From positions 351,887-375,886 of the forward strand of contig CBDIHR010000002.1 of the NCBI GenBank assembly GCA_965279395.1: DNA of 24,000 bases, read 5' to 3'. This DNA is from Aminobacter sp. (GTDB lineage: Bacteria > Pseudomonadota > Alphaproteobacteria > Rhizobiales > Rhizobiaceae). This document shows positions 8,595-16,892 of the stretch, one piece after another (within the stretch, counting starts at the first letter, position 1; each line of letters begins with the position of its first letter). The notes beneath the pieces are model-generated. The model worked only from the letters and a program-made list of their open reading frames with translations, was not told the origin of the DNA and did not search any database. Made by a program: the position numbers and the translations under genes.

Positions 8595-10016
8595 ATGAAC
8601 AGCGCTCTACGTTGCCCCCCTCTGTCCTGCCGGACATCTCCCCCACAAGGGGGGAGATCAGCCTTCATCGCCTCTTTCGCCAACCGCCACCGTTGCGGGA
8701 ATGGCGTCGAAGATGCCGCTGCCAATCTCCCCCCTTGTGGGGGAGATGTCCGGCAGGACAGAGGGGGGCAACGTAGAGCGCCATCGTTCCGGCATCTGCT
8801 GGCGTCGCTGGCAATCGGGCTGCTCGCATTCGCCACCCCTGCCTCCGCAGCAAAAATCGACGACCAGTTCCAGGCCTGGCTTGCCAAGGACCTGTGGCCC
8901 GAAGCGAAGGCCAAGGGTATCTCCAGGGCGACCTTCGACGCGGCATTCCAGGGTGTTACGCCCAATCTCAAGCTGCCCGATCTCGTTCTCCCAGGCGAAA
9001 AGCCCAAGACGCTGAAGAAGCAGCATCAGGCCGAGTTCGGCTCGCCCGGCAACTATTTCGCCGAAAAGACACTTGGTGCCGTCACCGCGGGCGGGCGCAC
9101 GCGCGCCGGCGCCAACGCCAAGACGCTGGCGGCGATCGAGAAGCGCTTCGGCGTACCCGCGGGCGTGGTGCTGGCGATCTGGGGGCGCGAGTCGGGCTTT
9201 GGCGCGGCCAAGATGCCCTACGACGCCTTCGAGGTGCTTGGCACCAAGGCGTTCCTGGCGACCCGCAAGGAGATGTTCCGCAAGGAGTTGCTGGCAGGAT
9301 TGGAGATGGTCGACAAGGGCCTTGTCAGCCGCAAGGAAATGCGCTCGTCCTGGGCCGGCGCGCTTGGACAGCCGCAGTTCCTGCCGACCTCGTTTCTCCA
9401 GCATGCCGTCGATTTTGACGGCGACGGCCGTGCCGATATCTGGAACTCGACGCCCGACACGCTGGCCTCGATCGCCAACTATCTCGTCCACTATGGCTGG
9501 GTGAAGGGCCGCGACTGGGGCTTCGAGGTGTCGCTGCCGGACAACGTGTCCTGCGCGCTCGAAGGGCCCGACCAGGGCAAGAAGATCGCCGACTGGGCTG
9601 CGATGGGCATCACCCGCGTCGGCGGCAAGCCGTTCCCGCAAAACGAGGCGCGCGCCGAAGGTTTCCTGATGATGCCTGCAGGCCGCAACGGTCCGGCCTT
9701 CATCGTCACGCCCAACTTCTACGTGCTCAAGGAATACAACGAGAGCGACGTCTACGCGCTGTTCATCGGCCACGGCGCCGACCGCATTGCCAGTGGCGAC
9801 AAGCGCTTCACTGGATCCTGGGGCAAGGTCGATGGGCTCTATCGCTCCGACGTCGCTTCGATGCAGCGGGGCCTGGAGAAGCTCGGCTACGATGTCGGCG
9901 GCGCCGATGGCCTGCCGGGTTTCAAGACCCGCCGTTCGATCGGCGACTGGCAGGCCAAGAACGGCCAGGCCGCGACGTGCTTTCCCGACAAGGCCATGGT
10001 CGAGGCGATGCGCTGA
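8595..10016 (+). CDS. lytic murein transglycosylase (MltB/SLT_2-like) with a C-terminal peptidoglycan-binding domain; the 5' end carries an in-frame repeat insertion
   Basis: The frame of the track ORF is 8580..10016. ATG 8595 follows AGGGAGG (8584-8590). The catalytic region is VVLAIWGRESGFG...LGQPQFLPTSF. The C-terminal PG_binding_1-like region is SMQRGLEKLGYDVGGADGLPGFKTRRSIGDWQ. The signal peptide core RHLLASLAIGLLAFATPASA only appears after the 180-bp palindrome. Confidence 0.85.
   Translation: MNSALRCPPLSCRTSPPQGGRSAFIASFANRHRCGNGVEDAAANLPPCGGDVRQDRGGQRRAPSFRHLLASLAIGLLAFATPASAAKIDDQFQAWLAKDLWPEAKAKGISRATFDAAFQGVTPNLKLPDLVLPGEKPKTLKKQHQAEFGSPGNYFAEKTLGAVTAGGRTRAGANAKTLAAIEKRFGVPAGVVLAIWGRESGFGAAKMPYDAFEVLGTKAFLATRKEMFRKELLAGLEMVDKGLVSRKEMRSSWAGALGQPQFLPTSFLQHAVDFDGDGRADIWNSTPDTLASIANYLVHYGWVKGRDWGFEVSLPDNVSCALEGPDQGKKIADWAAMGITRVGGKPFPQNEARAEGFLMMPAGRNGPAFIVTPNFYVLKEYNESDVYALFIGHGADRIASGDKRFTGSWGKVDGLYRSDVASMQRGLEKLGYDVGGADGLPGFKTRRSIGDWQAKNGQAATCFPDKAMVEAMR
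8602..8781. repeat. 180-bp nested palindromic (MITE/REP-like) element inside the transglycosylase 5' coding region
   Basis: The arms at 8602-8658 and 8725-8781 are perfect 57-bp reverse complements (checked base by base). The spacer is 66 bp. Each arm contains an inner hairpin ATCTCCCCC-ACAA/TTGT-GGGGGAGAT. The neighbouring bases (a8601 / c8782) do not extend the palindrome. Confidence 0.85.
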
Positions 10017-10032
10017 GCTTTTGCTGAAAAGG

Positions 10033-10187
10033 ACCCCCACCCCTAACCCCTCCCCACAAGGGGGAGGGGAATCCTGTCTTCTCCACGGTTGTCTTCGCAA
10101 CGGCCGCAAAGCAAGAAGTTGGTTTTGAGGGGCGTGATGACCCCCAGGAGTTCCCTCCCCCTTGTGGGAGGGGTTAGGGGTGGGGGT
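10033..10187. repeat. nested palindromic element (about 37-bp arms, about 80-bp spacer) in the convergent intergenic gap
   Basis: The left arm is ACCCCCACCCCTAACCCCTCCCCACAAGGGGGAGGGGA (10033-10070). The right arm is TTCCCTCCCCCTTGTGGGAGGGGTTAGGGGTGGGGGT (10151-10187). They are reverse complements apart from one indel and one mismatch. Each arm has an inner CCCCTCCCC-ACAA-GGGGAGGGG hairpin. Confidence 0.8.
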
Positions 10188-10196
10188 ATCGGAGCG

Positions 10197-11198
<1,002 letters not shown>

Positions 11199-11326
11199 GA
11201 GGCAGCTCCGGCGGGTGGGGACCCGCCGGATATAGGAAGCGTTATCTCAGCAAACAAACCTTCCCGCGTGGGGAAGTCTTGGTCCAGCGGCCAAGAGCGC
11301 TCTGGAGTGCGCTTCCGGTGGATGCC

Positions 11327-12379
11327 TCAGGCGGCCGAGCCGACCGCAGGCACGCCCAGTTCCTTGCGCACCAGCGGTGCCACCTTGGTGCCGTAGAGCT
11401 CGATCGCCTTCATGATCTTGTCGTGCGGCATCAGGCCGATCGCCATCTGCAACAGGAAGCGGTCGTTTTTGAAGATCTTGTGCTGGGCCACGATCTTTTC
11501 GGCCACCACTTCCGGATTGCCGACGAACAGTGCGCCCTGCGGTGAGCGCGACTGGTCGAAATGCGCCCTTGAGGTCGGGCCCCAGCCGCGCTCGCGGCCG
11601 ATCCGGTTCATCACTTCGGCTTGTGGACCGTAGAAATCGTCCGCCGCCTGCTCGGTGGTTTCTCCGACAAAGCCATGGACGTTGATGCTGGTGGCAAGCT
11701 TGGCCGGATCCTGGCCGCCGCGCCGTGCCGCTTCGCGGTAGATGTCGAACAGCGGCGCGAATCGCGCCGGCTCGCCGCCGATGATGGCAAGCGCCAAAGG
11801 CAGGCCGAGCACACCGGCGCGTGCCGCAGACTGCGGTGTCCCGCCAATGGCGATCCAGATCGGCAGATTGTCCTGATAGGGGCGGGGATAGACGCCACGA
11901 TCGTTGATCGGCGCGCGATGCGTGCCGGTCCAGGTCACGCGTTCGCTGTCGCGCAGTGCCAGAAGCAGATCGAGCTTCTCCGCGAACAGCTCGTCATAGT
12001 CCTCGAGATTGTAGCCGAACAGCGGAAACGATTCGATGAACGAGCCGCGCCCGGCCATGATCTCGGCACGGCCGCCGGAAAGCTGGTCGAGGGTAGCGAA
12101 CTGCTGGAACACACGCACCGGATCGTCCGACGACAGCACTGTGACGGCACTCGACAGCCGAATGCGCTTGGTGCGCTCGGCCGCGGCCGCAAGCGCCACG
12201 ACGGGCGCGGAGGCGGCATAATCGGGCCGGTGGTGCTCGCCGAGGCCAAAAACGTCGAGGCCGACCTGGTCGGCCAGTTCGATTTCTTCGATGAGATTAC
12301 GCAGCCGCTGATGCGCCCCGATGGCGTTGGCGCCGGGCTCTGGGCTAACGTCTGCAAAAGTGTAGAGGCCAAGTTCCAT
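11327..12379 (-). CDS. LLM-class flavin-dependent oxidoreductase (second, divergent paralogue)
   Basis: The track frame is 11327..12430. I prefer ATG 12379 ([14 protein letters not shown]...). [51 protein letters not shown] is a typical LLM signature. Confidence 0.85.
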   Translation of the reverse strand: MELGLYTFADVSPEPGANAIGAHQRLRNLIEEIELADQVGLDVFGLGEHHRPDYAASAPVVALAAAAERTKRIRLSSAVTVLSSDDPVRVFQQFATLDQLSGGRAEIMAGRGSFIESFPLFGYNLEDYDELFAEKLDLLLALRDSERVTWTGTHRAPINDRGVYPRPYQDNLPIWIAIGGTPQSAARAGVLGLPLALAIIGGEPARFAPLFDIYREAARRGGQDPAKLATSINVHGFVGETTEQAADDFYGPQAEVMNRIGRERGWGPTSRAHFDQSRSPQGALFVGNPEVVAEKIVAQHKIFKNDRFLLQMAIGLMPHDKIMKAIELYGTKVAPLVRKELGVPAVGSAA

Positions 12380-12598
12380 GATCGCTGGTCCTATCGCTGG
12401 TTTTCGTGCTACAGGTAGCCATCGCTCCACAAAGCCGCCAGATGCGGTCTAGTGAACAATCCATATCGAGATTGGCGCCAAAGAGCGTTTCCTATACGCA
12501 ACATTACGCGAATTCATGGGAGACATGCCTTTTTGGCGCTTGAACTATGCCTTCGCACGCGTATGTAAACGGCGCGAAGTGACTCCAGGGAAATCAAA

Positions 12599-13027
12599 TT
12601 GGCAATCTACAGGGAAAAAGACGTCTTCGAGCGGCGTAACGCCGCCAATGACGCAAAGAAAGCTCTCCTCGAAAAGTACAAGGCACGCCCGGCAGCCGAC
12701 GATCCAGAAGTTCTGGCACGTCAGGCCGAACGCAAGGCTATCCTCGAGGCTCGCGCCATTCGCGAAGCCGAGAAGGAAAAGCTGAGGCAGGAACGCCTGG
12801 CTCGCGAAGCCGTTGAAAAGGCCGAGCGCGAAGCCAAGGCCGAAGCTGAACGCCTGGCCGCCGAAGAGGCCGCACAGGCGGAAGCCAAGGCACGCGAGGC
12901 CGAAGAGGCCGACCGCATCAGCCGCCTGCTCTCCGACGAGGCAGAGCGCAAGGCCAAGCGTGACGCGCGTTACGCCGCGCGCAAGTCGCGTGGCAAGCGG
13001 ATGCCGCCCTCAGCCAACTTCGGCTGA
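12599..13027 (+). CDS. DUF6481-like small, highly charged (Glu/Arg/Lys/Ala-rich) protein
   Basis: 142-aa ORF with a TTG start at 12599 and AGGGA about 9 nt upstream. MAIYREKDVFERRNAANDAKKALLEKYKARPAADDPE..., then a long EAK/ERL helical repeat region. This resembles small conserved Rhizobiales proteins. The family assignment is from memory. Confidence 0.6.
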   Translation: MAIYREKDVFERRNAANDAKKALLEKYKARPAADDPEVLARQAERKAILEARAIREAEKEKLRQERLAREAVEKAEREAKAEAERLAAEEAAQAEAKAREAEEADRISRLLSDEAERKAKRDARYAARKSRGKRMPPSANFG

Positions 13028-13226
13028 TCACAGGCCAATTCGCATGAATGACGCGTCGGCCCGTTAGCCGGGCTCGATCGCGCGAATTCAAACGTCCAGC
13101 GATTCGTAAACGGGGTGATTGCCAGGCCCCGGGCGCGGATCGCGTTCGTGCGTCTGATGCACGGGTGGGGAAATCGGAAGCGATCCCCGACAGGGCGTGC
13201 AAAAATCACAGCTTGGGAAGTGGTGA

Positions 13227-13249
13227 GGCCCGCCCGTTTCGGGCAGGCC
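13227..13249. terminator. GC-rich hairpin (10-bp stem, 3-nt loop) in the convergent DUF6481 / sugE gap; possible terminator
   Basis: GGCCCGCCCG-TTT-CGGGCAGGCC has all 10 positions pairable on the minus-strand RNA (one G.U); on the plus-strand RNA that position is a C/A mismatch. There is no adjacent U-tract on either strand, so terminator function is uncertain. Confidence 0.25.
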
Positions 13250-13267
13250 GTTGCAAAGGTTGGTTGA

Positions 13268-13582
13268 TCAGGCGACGAGCTTGAGGCCAACGATGCCCGA
13301 GACGATCAGGCCGATGCAGGCAAGGCGAATCGCTGTCGCCGGCTCGCCGAAAAGCCAGATGCCGAGCATCGCGGTGCCGACGGTGCCGATGCCGGTCCAG
13401 ATCGCATAGGCGGTGCCGAGGGGCAGCGACTTCAGCGCCAGACCGAGCAGGCCGAGGCTGATGATCATCGAAGCTACGGTGAGGACGGTTGGAACAGGCC
13501 TTGTAAAGCCGTCGGTGTATTTCAGGCCGATGGCCCAGCCGATTTCGAAAATTCCCGCGAAAAACAGGTATGTCCAAGCCAT
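13268..13582 (-). CDS. sugE: SMR-family guanidinium exporter (SugE/Gdx)
   Basis: The 104-aa protein MAWTYLFFAGIFEIGWAIGLKYTDGFTRP...LPLGTAYAIWTGIGTVGTA...GLKLVA aligns along its whole length with E. coli SugE. GGAG lies 6 nt upstream of ATG 13582. The 267-aa track ORF (to 14071) is an artefactual upstream extension. Confidence 0.9.
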   Translation of the reverse strand: MAWTYLFFAGIFEIGWAIGLKYTDGFTRPVPTVLTVASMIISLGLLGLALKSLPLGTAYAIWTGIGTVGTAMLGIWLFGEPATAIRLACIGLIVSGIVGLKLVA

Positions 13583-13600
13583 GGAACGCTCCATTGGAGT

Positions 13601-13649
13601 GGCGGGTCGTCCCGGCCAGTTTTTTGGGGAAGCGCAAGGTCGTCCTCGC
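13601..13649 (-). promoter_or_regulatory. guanidine-II riboswitch (mini-ykkC motif)
   Basis: The minus strand reads GCGAGG-ACGA-CCTTGC (13649-13632), a 14-nt linker, then GGCCGGG-ACGA-CCCGCC (13617-13601). That is two hairpins, each with the conserved GG-ACGR-CC loop. It is immediately followed by ACTCCAATGGAG (a possible anti-SD/SD pair) and the sugE ATG. mini-ykkC upstream of SugE genes is the canonical context. Confidence 0.75.
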
Positions 13650-13740
13650 ACCGGATAGATAGGGTTTTTCGAAGAAAAACTCAAGCATGCGCCCGGCCGG
13701 GACCGGGCGCTGCCGATAGGCATAGAGCCGAGACCAGAGA

Positions 13741-13866
13741 CTACTTGTCCTTGATCTTGGTCGCTTGCACCGGAGGGGCCTTGAATGCCGGCGCAGGCGC
13801 TGGCTTCTTGGCGTCCTTCTTGGGTTTCCGGGCTTCTTTCCCGGCTTTCATCGCACCTTTGGCCAT
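13741..13866 (-). CDS. small lysine-rich hypothetical protein (41 aa), not in the ORF track
   Basis: My translation is MAKGAMKAGKEARKPKKDAKKPAPAPAFKAPPVQATKIKDK*. ATG 13866 is preceded by GGAGA 8 nt upstream. Third-position codon bias is G/C-rich with AAG/AAA Lys. It resembles small basic proteins annotated in Rhizobiales/Bradyrhizobium (from memory). Confidence 0.5.
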   Translation of the reverse strand: MAKGAMKAGKEARKPKKDAKKPAPAPAFKAPPVQATKIKDK

Positions 13867-13967
13867 GATTCGTATCTCCCGCTGCTGAGAAGCGAAGTGA
13901 AACGCGAAGTTGCCGCGCTTGCAAGAGGGCTGTTGAGGGCGACGACAACGGCCGTGCCAGGGCGAAA

Positions 13968-14996
13968 ATGCTTGAGTGGGCCAGTGTCCCGGCTACTCTG
14001 TTCGAACACGAGGGACAGGTGGCGGCGCAATCCGGTTCCAGATTTGTGATCTTCGCAGCGATTGCAGGCAACCTGCTGATCGCGGTGACAAAGTTCGCCG
14101 CTGCCGCCTACACCGGCAGTTCGGCGATGCTGTCGGAAGGCGTGCATTCGCTGGTCGATACCGGCAACGGCCTGCTTCTGCTCTACGGCTTGCATCGCGC
14201 TGCCCAGCCGCCTGATTTGATGCACCCGCTCGGCCATGGCCGCGAGCTCTATTTCTGGAGCTTCATCGTCGCACTGCTGGTCTTCGCGCTTGGTGCCGGC
14301 GTCGCCTTCTATGAAGGCATCATCCACATGCTCGACCCCGAGCCGATCGAAAATCCGCTCATCAACTATGTGGTGCTCGCCCTGTGCATGGTGTTCGAGG
14401 GTGGTTCTTGGCTGGTCGCGCTCAAGGAATTCCGTCGCAGCAAGGGCAAGCTCGGTTACATCGAGGCCGTGCGCCGCAGCAAGGATCCGAGCGTCTACAC
14501 CGTCCTGTTCGAAGACAGCGCGGCACTGCTCGGCCTGGTGATTGCGTTCGTCGGCATATCGGCTGCGCATTATTTCGAGCAGCCTTGGCTCGACGGCGCC
14601 GCCTCGATCGGCATCAGCCTGATCCTGGGAGCGACCGCCGTGTTCCTGGCCCGCGAGAGCAAGGGGCTGCTGATGGGCGAGCCGGCGTCGCGCGACGTGC
14701 AGTCGTCGATCCTGGCGGTCGCCCAGGCCGATCCCGCCGTCGAAAAGGCTAATGGCGTGCTGACCGTGCACTTGGGACCGGAGCAGGTTGTCGCCGGGCT
14801 GAGCCTCGATTTTGTCGATCATCTCTCCGCCGCCGACATCGAGACCTGCGTCGAGCGGCTGGAAGCCAGGCTCAAGGCCGAGGTGCCGGAGGTGACGGCG
14901 GTGTTCGTCAAGCCGCAGACATCGCAGCTCTGGCGGGAGCGGCGAGAGCGGATCGTCAACCCTGACGCTGGTACGACCGCGCCTGACAGCGAGTAG
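13968..14996 (+). CDS. cation diffusion facilitator (CDF) family metal transporter
   Basis: 342-aa ORF. AIAGNLLIAVTKFAAAAYTGSSAMLSEGVHSLVDTGN (the TM2 HxxxD motif), six predicted TM segments and a cytoplasmic C-terminal domain are typical of CDF/FieF-like proteins. Confidence 0.9.
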   Translation: MLEWASVPATLFEHEGQVAAQSGSRFVIFAAIAGNLLIAVTKFAAAAYTGSSAMLSEGVHSLVDTGNGLLLLYGLHRAAQPPDLMHPLGHGRELYFWSFIVALLVFALGAGVAFYEGIIHMLDPEPIENPLINYVVLALCMVFEGGSWLVALKEFRRSKGKLGYIEAVRRSKDPSVYTVLFEDSAALLGLVIAFVGISAAHYFEQPWLDGAASIGISLILGATAVFLARESKGLLMGEPASRDVQSSILAVAQADPAVEKANGVLTVHLGPEQVVAGLSLDFVDHLSAADIETCVERLEARLKAEVPEVTAVFVKPQTSQLWRERRERIVNPDAGTTAPDSE

Positions 14997-15125
14997 ACAC
15001 CCGCTCCGACGCCACGATCTGTCCATGCTGCTGTTGCAGCGAGATCTCTGCCGAAAACCGGTTCCTCCGTTTCAGCGTCGTGCTTTAGGATGCGGGCAGT
15101 CAAAAATATCTGAAGGGAGGCTTCC

Positions 15126-15527
15126 ATGAAGATCGAGGGCGGGTGCCATTGCGGCGCCATCACCTACAAGGCCGAGGTCGACCCCGAAAAGACGGCGATC
15201 TGCCATTGCACCGACTGCCAGAAGCTGACCGGAACGGCCTTCCGCGTCACCGTGCCGGTGCCGGAGGACAAGATCGCGTTTTCGGGAACGCCGAAGATCT
15301 ACATCAAGACAGGCGAAAGCGGCAACAAGCGCGCGCAGGGCTTCTGCCCGGAATGCGGCTCGCATCTCTTCGCCACCTCCGTCGGTGACGGTCCAAAGGT
15401 CTATGGCTTGAGGACAGGTACCTCCGACCAGCGCGAGCAGATGGTGCCACGCAAGCAGGTCTGGCACCGCTCGGCATTGCATTGGCTGCCGGAATTCGAT
15501 GGCATGGCGACGGTGGAAAAGGCGTAG
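15126..15527 (+). CDS. GFA family protein (glutathione-dependent formaldehyde-activating enzyme / CENP-V fold)
   Basis: 133-aa ORF. GGGAGG lies upstream of the ATG. The Cys motifs are GGCHCGAITY...CHCTDCQKLTG...CPECGSHL. Confidence 0.85.
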   Translation: MKIEGGCHCGAITYKAEVDPEKTAICHCTDCQKLTGTAFRVTVPVPEDKIAFSGTPKIYIKTGESGNKRAQGFCPECGSHLFATSVGDGPKVYGLRTGTSDQREQMVPRKQVWHRSALHWLPEFDGMATVEKA

Positions 15528-15532
15528 CCTGC

Positions 15533-16819
15533 CTAATCCTCTTCGATGACGCGCAGGCGGAGCTGGCCGGTCTTCGAATCGGCCGCACGCGCGGCTTGAG
15601 GCGGTGGCGCGTCTTCGGCCTCGCCGGCATGTCCCGCGCCGAACTCCAGCGCCTCGATCTTTTCGCCGCGCTTGGTGACCTTCGACGACGATACGAGGAT
15701 ATCGTCGATGTCCTTGCTGGCCTGGCCGAAATGCGTCTGCAGCTTGCGCACGCGATCGTCGAGACGGCCGACGTCCTCCATCAGGCGGATGACCTCGCCC
15801 TGGATCAGGTGGGCCTGTTCGCGCATGCGGGCGTCCTTGAGGATCGCCTGGATGACCTGGATCGACAGCATCAGAAGCGACGGCGAGACGATGACGATGC
15901 GGGCGCGATGCGCCCGGTGCACCAGCGATTCGAAATTCTCGTGGATCTCGGCGAAGATCGATTCCGACGGCACGAACATGAAGGCGGTGTCCTGCGTCTC
16001 GCCCGTGATCAGGTATTTCTCCGAGATCGCCTTGATGTGCACTTCGAGGTCGCGCCGGAAAGCCTGGGCGGCATACTTCTGTGCATCCGCAGCGCCCTCC
16101 ACATCAGCCGCGGCGCGGATGGCGTTCCAAGCCTCGAGCGGGAACTTGGCGTCGATGACCAGTGACGGGGCGCCGTTCGGCATCTTGACCAGGCAGTCCG
16201 GCCGGTTGTTGTTCGACAGCGTCGCCTGGAATTCATAGGCGCCAAGCGGCAGGCCGTCGGCGACGATCGTTTCCATGCGCGACTGGCCGAAGGCGCCGCG
16301 CGTCTGCTTGTTGGACAGGATAGCCTGCAACTGCACCACCTGGCCGGCGAGCGACTGGATGTTGCCCTGGGCGGTGTCGATGACGGCCAAGCGCTCCTGC
16401 AGCTTGGCCAGGCTGTCATGCGTCGACTTGGTCTGCTCGACCATGGTCTGGCCGATGCGGCCCGTCATGGCGTCGAGGCGTTGGCCGAGCGACTGGGTAA
16501 GCTCCGCCTGGCGGGCACCGAAGATGTCGGCGACGGTGCCGAGTCGGCCCTGCATCTCGGCCTGGGCCTGCAGGATACCGGCCATGCGGGCCTCGGCGTC
16601 GCGGGCGTGGTCGGCGGCTTCGGCGGCAGCCACAGCGCGCGCCTTGGCCGAGCGCCACAAGGCGATCATCAGAACGGCGAGCAGGACAACGAACAGCAAG
16701 GCGCCGAAGCCAAGCGCCTGGCCGAGCGTGATGATGGTCGCGCCAAGCTGGGCGATGGGGGCGGACAAGATGCTGGAAAGCTCGTTCATGGCCGGCACCA
16801 TAGCCGATTCGTCCAGCAA
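15533..16819 (-). CDS. rmuC: DNA recombination protein RmuC; start uncertain (TTG 16819, ATG 16801 or ATG 16789)
   Basis: It has an N-terminal TM helix, a long coiled-coil region and a C-terminal RmuC nuclease-like region (VIDAKFPLEAW...FMFVPSESIFAE...IVIVSPSLLMLSIQVIQ). None of the candidate starts has a clear SD. Confidence 0.85.
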   Translation of the reverse strand: MLDESAMVPAMNELSSILSAPIAQLGATIITLGQALGFGALLFVVLLAVLMIALWRSAKARAVAAAEAADHARDAEARMAGILQAQAEMQGRLGTVADIFGARQAELTQSLGQRLDAMTGRIGQTMVEQTKSTHDSLAKLQERLAVIDTAQGNIQSLAGQVVQLQAILSNKQTRGAFGQSRMETIVADGLPLGAYEFQATLSNNNRPDCLVKMPNGAPSLVIDAKFPLEAWNAIRAAADVEGAADAQKYAAQAFRRDLEVHIKAISEKYLITGETQDTAFMFVPSESIFAEIHENFESLVHRAHRARIVIVSPSLLMLSIQVIQAILKDARMREQAHLIQGEVIRLMEDVGRLDDRVRKLQTHFGQASKDIDDILVSSSKVTKRGEKIEALEFGAGHAGEAEDAPPPQAARAADSKTGQLRLRVIEED

Positions 16820-16892
16820 GGTCAGATCAAAGCGAGAACATTGCCGTGTCAGACCAGTTGACGGCTTTATTCCGACATCTTAGTTGAAGCGC

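Noticed and set aside
8591-9015. Short ORFs across the 180-bp palindrome (8591..8776, 8701..9015, 8665..8946), for example ...PISPLVGEMSGRTEGG...
   Set aside because: They are translations of the repeat arms in other frames and strands. They exist only because the palindrome is stop-poor, and they overlap the better-supported transglycosylase frame.
8658-10109. 483-aa minus-strand ORF antisense to the lytic transglycosylase
   Set aside because: It has no motifs and its composition is a typical GC-rich antisense artefact. The plus-strand frame has the SLT_2 and PG-binding signatures.
11208-11229. 9-bp hairpin (CCGGCGGGT-GGGG-ACCCGCCGG) between the two LLM genes, as terminator or SD-sequestering switch
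   Set aside because: On the minus strand it has no U-tract, so it is not a canonical terminator. It overlaps only 2 nt of the GGAG SD of the downstream gene. That is too little evidence for a regulatory call.
13583-14071. N-terminal 163-aa extension of the sugE ORF (267-aa track ORF)
   Set aside because: SugE/Gdx proteins are about 105 aa. The extension would read through the riboswitch hairpins and the small-ORF region and has no membrane or domain features. ATG 13582 has a proper SD.
13848-15026. 392-aa minus-strand ORF antisense to the CDF transporter
   Set aside because: It has no recognisable domain, and the plus-strand frame has CDF motifs and TM helices.
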